Shown here piece by piece: positions 9,378-19,162 of a stretch of 64,000 nucleotides of DNA. The DNA lies in assembly GCA_934119935.1 (NCBI GenBank), contig CAKOSX010000005.1, positions 4,933 to 68,932 of the forward strand. The letters are read 5' to 3'. The notes beneath the pieces are model-generated. The model saw nothing but the letters and a program-made list of their open reading frames with translations. It was not told where the DNA came from and ran no database searches. This DNA comes from an uncultured Clostridia bacterium. Lineage in GTDB: Bacteria > Bacillota > Clostridia > TANB77 > CAG-508. The stretch's first letter is position 1. Every line of letters begins with the position of its first letter. A program made the position numbers and the translations under genes.

Positions 9378-10109
9378 TTATATTACTAATTTTTGTTTCA
9401 TAGAATATAATATTCTTTTTTCTATTCTGGATACTTGTACCTGGCTTATGCCAAGTTTTTTTGCAACTTCTGTTTGTGTTTTTCCTTTGTAATATCTAAG
9501 TATTACTATTTCTTGTTCTTGATTATTCAATTCGTCTATTAATTTTTTTATTGTAAGTTTGTCTGCTATTTTTCCTTCTTCGTCTTTTTCACTTGCTAGC
9601 ATGTCTTCTATGCATAGTTCCTTACCAGATTTTTCACTGTATACTGGCTCGTTTATTGATGTAACAATGCTAGCTGAGCTTGCGTCTAGCGCTAGTGCTA
9701 TTTCTTCTTTTGGTACTTGCAATATTTCTGCCATTTTTTCTATTTTTATTTCTTCTCCATTTTTTTCTATTGCTTCTTTCTGTATTTGCATTATTTTGGT
9801 TGCAAGCTCTTTTATGCTTCTGCTTACTTTTATTCGTCCATCGTCTCGTATATATCTTTTTATTTCTCCTATTATGAATGGAACTGCATATGTAGATAAT
9901 TGAACATTGTAATTTGTATCAAATTTTTTTATTGATTTTACTAGTCCCATTGCTCCAATTTGGTTTATGTCATCTATTTCGTATCCTCTTCCTACAAATC
10001 TTTTTGCTATGTTGTACACAAGTCCCATATTATTTTTTACAAGTTCGTCAAGTGCATCTTTGTCTCCACTCTGAGCTTTTATAATGTTTTCATATGTACT
10101 TTCCAGCAT
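9378..10109 (-). CDS. sigF: RNA polymerase sporulation sigma factor F
   Basis: Sigma-70 regions 2-4 (GLVYNIAKRF, TQTEVAKKLGISQVQVSRIEKR) in a spoIIAA-spoIIAB-sigF operon. Confidence 0.92.
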   Translation of the reverse strand: MLESTYENIIKAQSGDKDALDELVKNNMGLVYNIAKRFVGRGYEIDDINQIGAMGLVKSIKKFDTNYNVQLSTYAVPFIIGEIKRYIRDDGRIKVSRSIKELATKIMQIQKEAIEKNGEEIKIEKMAEILQVPKEEIALALDASSASIVTSINEPVYSEKSGKELCIEDMLASEKDEEGKIADKLTIKKLIDELNNQEQEIVILRYYKGKTQTEVAKKLGISQVQVSRIEKRILYSMKQKLVI

Positions 10110-10123
10110 TTCTTAAAACCTTC

Positions 10124-10615
10124 CTAAAAATTAGAATTTTCTTTAATTTCGTGTGTTTCTTCCGAGTCGCACTCTTCGTCTTTACCAGACATTATGTATT
10201 TTTTCATTGTTACTTTAGTTCCCATATCTGGAATTGATTCTACTTTCATTTCGTCCATGAAACTTTCCATTATTGTAAAGCCCATTCCCGATCTTTCAAG
10301 GTTAGCCTTTGTCGTGTACAATGGCTTTTTTGCAAGCTCTATGTTTTCAATTCCCTTGCCTGTATCCGCTATCTGTATTTCTATGCAATTGCCTTTTAGC
10401 TTACATTCTATTTTTACTATTCCAACTGTATTTTCATAACCATGAATTATGCAATTTGTTACAGCTTCCGATACTGCAGTCTTAATATCAGCTATTTCTT
10501 CTATTGTCGGGTCCAATTGTGATGCAAAAGCTGCTACTGTAATACGTGCAAATGCCTCGTTTGATGATTTACTAACAAATTCTAGTTTCATTTCATTATC
10601 ATAAATTCCTACCAT
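10124..10615 (-). CDS. spoIIAB: anti-sigma F factor (serine kinase) SpoIIAB
   Basis: HATPase_c-type motifs ([21 protein letters not shown]) and operon position. Confidence 0.92.
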   Translation of the reverse strand: MVGIYDNEMKLEFVSKSSNEAFARITVAAFASQLDPTIEEIADIKTAVSEAVTNCIIHGYENTVGIVKIECKLKGNCIEIQIADTGKGIENIELAKKPLYTTKANLERSGMGFTIMESFMDEMKVESIPDMGTKVTMKKYIMSGKDEECDSEETHEIKENSNF

Positions 10616-10710
10616 TTTATCCTCCTCGTATATGTTTATAAAATTTATCTATAACCATATATTTTTATACGCTTTGAAATCTTAATTTATATTTTAATTT
10701 TAATGTAATG

Positions 10711-11040
10711 TTAACCAACATTCTCTTCTTGATCTCTTATTAAAGGAATTATTTTTAATATTCCGCTTATCTCAAATACCTTTTCTACTTGTTTATTTAC
10801 ATTTAATAATTCTAACTGTCCACCTAACATTTTTATTACCTTATATCTACCAAGCAGCAATCCTATTCCTGCACTATCCATAAAAGCAACGTTACTAAAG
10901 TCAAATATAACTTTTCTCGGCAAAAATCTAGTAATTTCATTATCAATTTTCCTCCTTAATTTTTCTGTTGTGTGCTCGTCAATTTCCTCTGTAATTTTAA
11001 GCGTTAATTGCTTGTCCTTTGGTACATAAATACATTCCAC
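10711..11040 (-). CDS. spoIIAA: anti-sigma F factor antagonist SpoIIAA (STAS)
   Basis: STAS domain with the phosphorylatable FMDSAGIG motif. GTG start preceded by GAGGAGG. Confidence 0.9.
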   Translation of the reverse strand: MECIYVPKDKQLTLKITEEIDEHTTEKLRRKIDNEITRFLPRKVIFDFSNVAFMDSAGIGLLLGRYKVIKMLGGQLELLNVNKQVEKVFEISGILKIIPLIRDQEENVG

Positions 11041-11280
11041 CTTCGTTCCTCCTCTTCTTAAGACTGCATATATCTACACATTTTCTTTATATAATTTTAT
11101 GCATCTTTCCCTTATTTTTATTTTTTAGTTCTTTACAAAGTTTATATGCTATCTTTTTTCTATATAGACTATACTACATATTCCATATTTTTCCAATAGC
11201 AAAATTTGACTACTTTTATCGATTTATAAGAAGTTTTCGACTTTTTTCGCCTGTAATTTATCGAAGCAACACGCTAAATG

Positions 11281-11311
11281 CTCAAAAAGAAACGTCCATA
11301 TTGGACGTTTC
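11281..11311 (-). terminator. rho-independent terminator after the ftsEX-M23-ctp operon
   Basis: GAAACGTCCA/TGGACGTTTC hairpin followed by a T-run on the minus strand. Confidence 0.75.
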
Positions 11312-11366
11312 TATTAATTTAAATTTTTATTTAATTTAGTTTGATTTATTTTAGTCGATTCGAACT

Positions 11367-12623
11367 TTATTTTATTTTTGACTTTACTGTTTCTATTGCT
11401 TTTTTTACTTGAGCATCTTTATCAAACGATGTTTCATATTTTCCATCCGCATCTTTTGTTAGATCTACTTCTACATCTGGTGTTATGCCTTCTTTGTTTA
11501 TTTTGTTATGGTTTGGTGTATAATATTCTTCTGTTGTTATTTTTAGTCCACTTCCATCTGTTAAACTATATAAAGTTTGTATTACACCTTTTCCATATGT
11601 TTTCATTCCAACTATTGTTGTATTTGGATATTTGTCTTTTAATGCTCCTGCTAATATTTCTGACGCACTTGCAGTACTCTCATTTACCAATACTACAACA
11701 GGTAGGTCTTCAATTATCGGATCATTTTTAGACACTGTTAGTTGCTCGTCTTTTTCTTTTGCTTTTGTAATAAGAATTGTTTCATTTTTCTTTAAGAATA
11801 AGTCTGCAATTCCAGTCGCTTCATCAACAATTCCGCCACCATTGCTTCTTAAATCTATTATTATTCCTTTTGCGCCATCATTTTTTAGTGATGTTATTTG
11901 TTGCTTAAATGAATCTGCAACTCCACTATCAAATGAATCGATTTGTAGATATGCAATTTTATCATCTAACATTTTTGAAGCAACATGTTCAACTGTTATT
12001 TTCTTTCTTGTAACTGTAAGGTCAACCTCTTTATTATCTCTTAATACTGTAACTTTTGCAGTTGTTCCTTCTTCACCTTTTAATACTTTTATTGCATCAT
12101 TTAATTGTTCTCCAGTATATGCAACATCGTTTACTTTTTCTATTATGTCTCCTGCTTGCATTCCGGCTTCTAATGCTGGTGAAGATTTCATTATTCCAAC
12201 AACCAGAATTGTGTTTGTTGTCTTGTCATTTGTTAAATAAACTCCTATTCCAACATATTCACTACTTGTTTCTTCTGTAAATTCAGCCATTTCTTCTTTA
12301 TCTAAGTAAGTTGTATATGGGTCACCTAATCCTTCAACATATCCCTTTATAGCCCCATCAATCATCTTTTCTTCATCAATTTCACCAATGTATTTTTGTT
12401 GCAACATTGCTTTGAAAGATTCTAATGTTTTTATTAGTGATGTATTACTTGTTGTTGATTGTGATGTGTTGCTTCCCTTTATTGTGCTACCAATGCTTCC
12501 ATACGTAGCAGAGAATTTGTTGTACATTACCATTGTTGTTAGCATAAATGTAATTGTTGCCGTTAATACAACCAGCATGATTATCTTGTATACACTTTGC
12601 TTTTTTATTTTATTATCCTTCAT
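11367..12623 (-). CDS. S41 carboxy-terminal processing protease
   Basis: N-terminal anchor, PDZ region, catalytic STASASEI Ser motif and TYGKG Lys motif. Confidence 0.88.
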   Translation of the reverse strand: MKDNKIKKQSVYKIIMLVVLTATITFMLTTMVMYNKFSATYGSIGSTIKGSNTSQSTTSNTSLIKTLESFKAMLQQKYIGEIDEEKMIDGAIKGYVEGLGDPYTTYLDKEEMAEFTEETSSEYVGIGVYLTNDKTTNTILVVGIMKSSPALEAGMQAGDIIEKVNDVAYTGEQLNDAIKVLKGEEGTTAKVTVLRDNKEVDLTVTRKKITVEHVASKMLDDKIAYLQIDSFDSGVADSFKQQITSLKNDGAKGIIIDLRSNGGGIVDEATGIADLFLKKNETILITKAKEKDEQLTVSKNDPIIEDLPVVVLVNESTASASEILAGALKDKYPNTTIVGMKTYGKGVIQTLYSLTDGSGLKITTEEYYTPNHNKINKEGITPDVEVDLTKDADGKYETSFDKDAQVKKAIETVKSKIK

Positions 12624-12684
12624 TTTTTAACATTCTTCCTTTCGTTTTATTATATTTAATAATTATTTTTTTATTCCCTTTGTT

Positions 12685-13959
12685 TTAACCTGTTACTCCC
12701 GAAGAAATCTCTGTATTATTCACTTCTGTATTGTTTGCAGCATTGTTATCTTGATCTTTTTTTCCTTGTAAATATGGAATTGGATCTACCGCAGTTCCAT
12801 TCTCTCTAACTTCAAAGTGCAAATGTGGACCTGTTGAATTTCCTGTCGATCCAACAGCCATTATCACTTCACCTTGCTTTACAGATGCTCCTAATGTTGT
12901 ATATATTTCCTGTCCATGTCCATATAGTGTAACAATGCCACTTCCATGGTTTATCATAACGCAATTGCCATAGCCTCCCATAACTCCGGCAAAAGTAACA
13001 ATTCCATCGGCAGCAGCAACAACCGGTGCACCGAAGCCTGCATTACCTATATCCAATCCATCATGGTACCTGTATACACCTTGGATAGGATGTAATCTGT
13101 TTCCAAATGGAGACGTTATATATGTGCCTTCTTTTCCAACTGGCCATATCATAACTCCACCTGTGTACTGTATTGCCAGGGCTCCGCTCCAGTTAATTGC
13201 TGCTCGAATTTGGTTTTCTAAATCTTCTTGCTCTTTTTTGTATTGCTCTATTTGCGTATAAAGCTCTTTTTCCTCGTCGCTCAGCTTTGCTGCATAGCTT
13301 TCTTGCAAAGTTTTCTGATTTTCCATCAAAATTTGCATTTGCCCTTCTTTTGCTCTTGCAACTCTTAGGTCGGTTTTCTTCTTTTCTTGTTCAGCCTTTT
13401 TCACTTCTACATTATGCTTTTGCTCCGTCAATTCATCAAGCAGTCCACTATCAAGTTCCACAATCTGCTCTAGCATATAATAATTCGACAAAAAGTCAAA
13501 CAGACTTTTTGATGACAACAGCACATCTAAATATGTTGCGTCACCGTCTTCATACATGGCTACAACTCTCTTCTTAAGAAGATTTTCCTTTCTTAGATAT
13601 TCTTCCTCTATTCTTGAAAGATCATTTTCAGTTGCATTTATCTCATTTTCCAAAGATGTAATCTGCGCTTGTATATTATTATATTTATTTTGATAATCAT
13701 TTATAGAATCATCTAATTCTTGTACTTTTTGCAATGAAGCAGAAATCTCGTTTTTTACATATTCTAGCCTTTTATTAGATTCTGTTAATTTATTATCAAC
13801 TTCTGTTTTTTGTTCCCATAAAGTCATATTATTAGCTTCACTATTTGTTTCGTTTTCTAATATGTTATTTTCTGCAATTTCATTATCAGAAAAAACATTT
13901 ATGGAAAAACATAACAATATTGAACATATTATAATTATTGTTATTATTTTCTTTTCCAT
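12685..13959 (-). CDS. coiled-coil M23 family peptidoglycan endopeptidase
   Basis: Signal sequence, long coiled coil, and a C-terminal M23 domain (HDGLDI, GPHLHFE). Confidence 0.85.
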   Translation of the reverse strand: MEKKIITIIIICSILLCFSINVFSDNEIAENNILENETNSEANNMTLWEQKTEVDNKLTESNKRLEYVKNEISASLQKVQELDDSINDYQNKYNNIQAQITSLENEINATENDLSRIEEEYLRKENLLKKRVVAMYEDGDATYLDVLLSSKSLFDFLSNYYMLEQIVELDSGLLDELTEQKHNVEVKKAEQEKKKTDLRVARAKEGQMQILMENQKTLQESYAAKLSDEEKELYTQIEQYKKEQEDLENQIRAAINWSGALAIQYTGGVMIWPVGKEGTYITSPFGNRLHPIQGVYRYHDGLDIGNAGFGAPVVAAADGIVTFAGVMGGYGNCVMINHGSGIVTLYGHGQEIYTTLGASVKQGEVIMAVGSTGNSTGPHLHFEVRENGTAVDPIPYLQGKKDQDNNAANNTEVNNTEISSGVTG

Positions 13960-13987
13960 AAATGTTTCCTCCCTCTATGTATTCAAT

Positions 13988-15208
13988 TTAATCGACTATA
14001 GTATAACCACCTGGCAAATAATCAAGCGGATTTAACCAGTTGTTTCCAAAGAAATCACCAACTGATGTCGCTTTTCTAATCTCAAAATGTAAATGAGGTG
14101 CAACTCCTCCAGTGTTTCCTGAATACCCAATTAATTGCCCTTGAGATACCTTCTGTCCAGTGCTTACAGCTTTAGAATTCATATGTGCATATAATGAACA
14201 ATATCCGTTTCCATGATAAATAATTATGTAATTTCCGTAACCTACATTAGACGAAGTTCCAGCTTGATAAGCACTATACACAACTGTTCCTGATGCAGCT
14301 GCTACAACTCTTTTACCAGTTTCTGCATTAGTTCCAATATCAATTCCTTTGTGCCATCTTCCCCATCTGTATTTCATTCTAGATGTAACTCTTCTTGGTG
14401 AATAATCCAATGGCCATGCAAAAGTACCGTCAAAGCTACTTCCATTTCCACCTGTGCTTGCATTGTTCTTTCTTTCTTCTTCTTGTGCTTTTCTCAAAGC
14501 CTCCGCAATTGCATTATCAATTTCTTTTAATTTAGCGTTATAAGCATCTAATTCATCTTGTTTTGCCTTTTCATCAGCAGATAGCTTATTAACCTCAGAT
14601 TGTTTTTTCTCTTGCAAAGCACTTAATTCTGCTCTTTTTACTTCTTGATCAGCCTTAGTACTTTGAACCTTTGCTTTATCTTCTTCCAAACTTTTTTTAT
14701 CTTCTTCTAGTTGTTGTTTTTGATCTTCTAATTCATTTATTAAATTAGTATCATTTTCAACAATCTGTTGAATAATAGAATAATTTGATAGGAAGTCTAA
14801 TAAGTTTTCTGAATTGAACAATACATCTAAATATGAAGTTTCTCCAACTTCATATAAAGCTACCATTCTATCTTTAAGCAACTTATCTTTCTTTTGTATT
14901 TCGGCTTCTTCATCTTCAATTTCTTTTTGTTTATCACTTATCGAATCATTTAAATCTTCTATTTGAGCATTTAATGTATCTAACTGTCTTTGTACCTCTG
15001 TCACCTGATTTGTAAGCTTTTGTAATTCTGTTTCAGCCTCATCCTTATCATCAGATATACCACTTAACTCATTTTTTGTTTGATCAATTTTATCTTGAAC
15101 ATCCTTTTTATCGTCAGACAAAGCCGCATACGATTTCACCGATACAGATGATATTAGTATGAACACTGTTAAAATAGAAAGTATTGTTAACAATATTTTT
15201 TTTCTCAT
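13988..15208 (-). CDS. coiled-coil M23 family peptidoglycan endopeptidase (paralogue)
   Basis: Same architecture as the neighbour (HKGIDI, APHLHFE), immediately downstream of ftsX. Confidence 0.85.
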   Translation of the reverse strand: MRKKILLTILSILTVFILISSVSVKSYAALSDDKKDVQDKIDQTKNELSGISDDKDEAETELQKLTNQVTEVQRQLDTLNAQIEDLNDSISDKQKEIEDEEAEIQKKDKLLKDRMVALYEVGETSYLDVLFNSENLLDFLSNYSIIQQIVENDTNLINELEDQKQQLEEDKKSLEEDKAKVQSTKADQEVKRAELSALQEKKQSEVNKLSADEKAKQDELDAYNAKLKEIDNAIAEALRKAQEEERKNNASTGGNGSSFDGTFAWPLDYSPRRVTSRMKYRWGRWHKGIDIGTNAETGKRVVAAASGTVVYSAYQAGTSSNVGYGNYIIIYHGNGYCSLYAHMNSKAVSTGQKVSQGQLIGYSGNTGGVAPHLHFEIRKATSVGDFFGNNWLNPLDYLPGGYTIVD

Positions 15209-15227
15209 GGTTTTATCTCCTTTTAAT

Positions 15228-16151
15228 TTATACCTGTAAGTATTTTCTCATTGAAATTGAACTTCCAAGTGCACCAATTCCAATTCCAAGTGTCATGTAA
15301 ACTATAACTAATAATGTAATCATATCTGAGAATCCTAATAGTTTTAGTCCCATTCTGTTTAGCATATTTGAGCCCGACATTGCATTTGTAATCAAGTTAT
15401 ATGCAACACCTAAAATAAGGATTGATATAAGTGCTGCTACAATTCCTATTATTATACCTTCTATTACGAAAGGCCATCTTATAAAGCTATCTGTTGCTCC
15501 CACATACTTCATAATTGATATTTCTTTTCTTCTTGCATGAACAGTTAATTTAATTGTATTAGCAATAATAAATATTGATATTAGTACTAGCAATGTTAGT
15601 ATAACCGCTGAAACAATTCTTACTCCATTTGCAATTGTTACCAATCCATTTATAGTTTCATCTCTGCTTTGAATTTTCGCTACATTATCAATCTTGCCAA
15701 TTTCTTCTTGAACCTGTGAACTCAATTTTAAGTCTGTAAGTGTTACAAGATATGATGCCTTAAATGGGTTGTTCTCATCCCATCCAGTAATTAATGATTG
15801 ATAATTTTTAAGTTTTTCCTTAGTCTGGTTCAAAGCATCCTCTTTAGATACAAAGTTTACATTATTTACTCCGTCAATTTGTAAAATTTGCTCTCCTATT
15901 TGTTGTATTTGTGCATCCGATGCGTCTTTCTCTATAAAAACCTGCATTCCTTGTTGCGATTCCAATGTTTCAACCGCATTATTAAGGTTCTCTATAATCA
16001 TGAAAAACAATCCAAAAATCAACATAGTGGCACACATAATTGCAAGTGACGCACCCGATGATTTTTTATTGTGAAATACATTTCTAAAACCTTCTCCTAA
16101 TAAATAACCCAATATACTATGCTTCACTGTCATACCCACCTTTTTTATCAC
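15228..16151 (-). CDS. ftsX: cell division permease-like protein FtsX
   Basis: Four-TM FtsX topology with a large extracellular loop. It overlaps the end of ftsE. Confidence 0.88.
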   Translation of the reverse strand: MIKKVGMTVKHSILGYLLGEGFRNVFHNKKSSGASLAIMCATMLIFGLFFMIIENLNNAVETLESQQGMQVFIEKDASDAQIQQIGEQILQIDGVNNVNFVSKEDALNQTKEKLKNYQSLITGWDENNPFKASYLVTLTDLKLSSQVQEEIGKIDNVAKIQSRDETINGLVTIANGVRIVSAVILTLLVLISIFIIANTIKLTVHARRKEISIMKYVGATDSFIRWPFVIEGIIIGIVAALISILILGVAYNLITNAMSGSNMLNRMGLKLLGFSDMITLLVIVYMTLGIGIGALGSSISMRKYLQV

Positions 16152-16800
16152 TTATAATATTTCCGTTTTCTATACGAATAACTCTTTTGTTCATTTTGTC
16201 TACTATATCTTTTGCGTGTGTTGCAACAACCAAAGTAGTTCCTCTTAAATTAATTTCATTTAAAAGTCTCATAATATCCCAAGCTGTGTCTGGGTCTAAG
16301 TTACCAGTAGGCTCGTCTGCAATTAACATTGATGGATTGTTTACTAGTGCTCTAGCTAGTGCAACTCTTTGTTGCTCACCACCAGATAACTCGTTTGGAT
16401 ACACATTAGCCTTGTCTGATAGTCCTACCATTGCAAGTACCATTGGTACCTGTCTTCTTATATGCTTTGGTGTAGCTCTTACAATATACATTGCAAAAGC
16501 AACATTCTCATAAACAGTTTTATCTGGCAAAAGTCTGAAATCCTGGAAAACCACCCCCATACTTCTTCTTAAATATGGAACTCTCTTAGGCTTTAAGAAA
16601 GTAGTATCTTTTCCATTAATAATAATGTGTCCAGAAGTTGGTTCTTCCTCTTTCAAAATTAACTTTATTAAAGTAGACTTACCAGAACCAGAACTACCAA
16701 CCAAGAATGCAAAATCTCCTTTATTAATAGTAAAATTAGCATTATGTACAGCCTCTGTACCAGTATCGTACACTTTAGAAACATTCCTAAACTCTATCAT
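16117..16800 (-). CDS. ftsE: cell division ATP-binding protein FtsE
   Basis: Walker A GSSGSGKST, ABC signature LSGGEQQRV and Walker B LIADEPTG. Confidence 0.92.
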   Translation of the reverse strand: MIEFRNVSKVYDTGTEAVHNANFTINKGDFAFLVGSSGSGKSTLIKLILKEEEPTSGHIIINGKDTTFLKPKRVPYLRRSMGVVFQDFRLLPDKTVYENVAFAMYIVRATPKHIRRQVPMVLAMVGLSDKANVYPNELSGGEQQRVALARALVNNPSMLIADEPTGNLDPDTAWDIMRLLNEINLRGTTLVVATHAKDIVDKMNKRVIRIENGNIISDKKGGYDSEA

Positions 16801-17020
16801 TTTAAAATCCTCATTTCATACTCTTCGACATTTTATATCATAATATTTTATTCTTCTCTATAATAACAATAAACGATGTTAAATGCAAGAGTATTTATCA
16901 AAAAAAATAGCAATTTAAGTTTAATTTTCTCACTTAAATCGCTTGATATTCACTATTATTCAAAAGTATAAAATTCACAAAAAATTCACAATTATCTTGT
17001 AAGCTTCATATACTAAAAAA

Positions 17021-17129
17021 CGATAGTTCTTATTTTTATAAGTTCTCAACATGTCGTGCTTGGTCGGAGCTCCTTCGGACTCCTCAAAAGGCGCACTTCC
17101 AGTTTCGGTTTAAAAAATAAGAACTATCG
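17021..17129. repeat. Family-B palindromic element, copy B1 (conserved ~60-nt core inside copy-specific inverted arms)
   Basis: Core CAACATGTCGTGCTTGGTCGGAGCTCCTTCGGACTCCTCAAAAGGCGCACTTCCAGTT. Arms CGATAGTTCTTATTTTT / AAAAATAAGAACTATCG. Confidence 0.85.
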
Positions 17130-17165
17130 CTTTTATCTAGGTGTCTTTCTTATATTGTTCACCTT

Positions 17166-18113
17166 TTATTTAGATAATATTTTTACCAAATATTCGCTAT
17201 TTAAATTGTATTTTTTTAAAAGCTCTTCTGCTTTTCCAGATTCTCCAAATGTATCATTTATTCCTATTCTTGTTACCTTTGCTGGGTAATTCTCTGAAAG
17301 GACTTCGCATACAGCCGTTCCAAGGCCTCCAATTATGCTGTGGTCTTCTATTGTAATTATTCTTTTAGTTTCCTTGGCACATTTTATTATCATTTCTTTA
17401 TCTAACGGTTTTATTGTATGCACATCTATCACTCTTACATTTATGCCTTTTTCTTTTAATTCTTCCTGCGCCTTTAAAGCCTCCGAAACTGCCACTCCTG
17501 TTGCTATTATGCTGGCGTCTGTTCCGTCTCCAATTTGAATTGCTTTGCCAATTTCAAATTTTATATTATTTTCTTTAACAAATTCTTCATCATATATTAC
17601 TGGTGTTTCAAGTCTCGATAATCTTACATACACAGGTCCTTTTACATTTGCAATTTCTTTTATTGCCCATTTAGTTTGAATATCATCAGATGGACTCATA
17701 ACCATCATGTTTGGAAGAGTTCTCATCATGCTTATATCTTCTAGCATTTGATGTGTCGCACCATCTTCACCAACAGTTATTCCGGCATGTGTCGCACATA
17801 TTTTTACATTAGCATTTGTGTGTGCTATTGTATTTCTTATTTGATCATACGCTCTACCAGCTGCAAACACTGCAAAAGTACTTACATATGGAATTTTTCC
17901 AAAAGTACTTAATCCAGCTCCAGTTCCTATCATATCTTGCTCTGCGATTCCCATATCAAAAAATCTTTCAGGGAATTTCTTTGCAAAAATTGATGTTTTT
18001 GTTGCTCCAGATAAATCTGCATCTAGTACAACTACATTTTTATTTTCTTCTCCTAGCTCTACTAAAGCCTCTCCATAGCTTTGACGTGTTGCAATTTTCT
18101 TATCTAAAAGCAT
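17166..18113 (-). CDS. transketolase, C-terminal (pyrimidine-binding) subunit
   Basis: Typical split-transketolase subunit sequence (FFDMGIAEQDM), overlapping the N-terminal subunit gene. Confidence 0.9.
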   Translation of the reverse strand: MLLDKKIATRQSYGEALVELGEENKNVVVLDADLSGATKTSIFAKKFPERFFDMGIAEQDMIGTGAGLSTFGKIPYVSTFAVFAAGRAYDQIRNTIAHTNANVKICATHAGITVGEDGATHQMLEDISMMRTLPNMMVMSPSDDIQTKWAIKEIANVKGPVYVRLSRLETPVIYDEEFVKENNIKFEIGKAIQIGDGTDASIIATGVAVSEALKAQEELKEKGINVRVIDVHTIKPLDKEMIIKCAKETKRIITIEDHSIIGGLGTAVCEVLSENYPAKVTRIGINDTFGESGKAEELLKKYNLNSEYLVKILSK

Positions 18114-18997
18114 ATTGAATCCTCCTTTCCAGGTAGTTCCGAAATATTATATTCTATTTTTTCTTCCTCTAATTTTAGTGCCTTCATTGCCTTTTCATAT
18201 TCTTCATCACTTGGAGCCTTTCCATGCCATTCGGCTTTGTTCTCCATGAACGGTACTCCTTTTCCTTTTACAGTTCTAGCAATTATTATACTTGGCTTTT
18301 CTTTAGTCTGTCTTGCTTTCTCGAAACTATCTATCAACATCTCGATGTTGTGACCATCACATGGAATAACATTAAAACCAAATGATTCCCATTTGCTATA
18401 CAAACAATCCAAAGCTTTAACATCTTCAACTTTTCCATCTATTTGCAAGCCATTATTGTCTAAAATTACACATAAATTATCTAATGCATATTTATTAGAA
18501 GTCATCGCAGCTTCCCAAATTTGTCCTTCTTCAATTTCTCCGTCTCCTAAAATGCAATAAACTCTACAACCCAAATTATCCATTTTAGATGCAATAGCCA
18601 TTCCATTTGCAATAGACAAACCTTGGCCCAGCGAACCAGTAGACATATCTACTCCCGAAACTTTCTCCATGTCTGGATGTCCTTGTAAGTTTGAACCTAA
18701 TTTTCTGAAAGTTTTTAAATCTTCTTTATTAATAAATCCTCTTTCTGCAAGCACCGCATATAAAGCAGCTGATGCATGCCCCTTAGAAAGCACCAATCTA
18801 TCTCTTAAATTAGATTCCGGCATCTCTGGATTTATATTCATCTGATTAAAATATAAAACCGTTAATATATCTGCTATTGATAGTGCTCCTCCTGGATGCC
18901 CAGATTTAGCACTGTATACTTCATTTATTATATCAATTCTAACATCATTTGCAATTTTTCTTAATTCCTTCTCATCAGTAATTTTCAAATAAATCAC
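18104..18997 (-). CDS. transketolase, N-terminal (TPP-binding) subunit
   Basis: GHPGGALS and GDGEIEEGQIWEA thiamine-diphosphate motifs. Confidence 0.9.
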   Translation of the reverse strand: MIYLKITDEKELRKIANDVRIDIINEVYSAKSGHPGGALSIADILTVLYFNQMNINPEMPESNLRDRLVLSKGHASAALYAVLAERGFINKEDLKTFRKLGSNLQGHPDMEKVSGVDMSTGSLGQGLSIANGMAIASKMDNLGCRVYCILGDGEIEEGQIWEAAMTSNKYALDNLCVILDNNGLQIDGKVEDVKALDCLYSKWESFGFNVIPCDGHNIEMLIDSFEKARQTKEKPSIIIARTVKGKGVPFMENKAEWHGKAPSDEEYEKAMKALKLEEEKIEYNISELPGKEDSICF

Positions 18998-19162
18998 ACT
19001 CCTTCGAAGAATAATATACTATAACTTATGTAAAAATACAAGGTGATTTTCAGAAAACCTCAAGCATCAGTATTCATCTACATTTCGATTGATTTTTGTT
19101 CTATATTGTGGTATAATGTTCCTAGTTTGCAACAAGCAATTTTTTGAAAGGATGGTAACACA

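Noticed and set aside
11041-11366. Spo0A boxes and a sigma-H promoter upstream of spoIIAA.
   Set aside because: Only loose matches (AGTCGAA-like motifs, AGGGAAA...GAAAAT) are visible in very AT-rich DNA. These cannot be called without transcription start data.
17056-17289. 77-aa ORF (MLGRSSFGLLKRRTSSFGL...), and the similar 94-aa ORF at 50692-50976.
   Set aside because: Their shared N-terminal peptide is the translated family-B core. The ORFs run into the antisense of real genes (transketolase, dnaJ) and have no SD.
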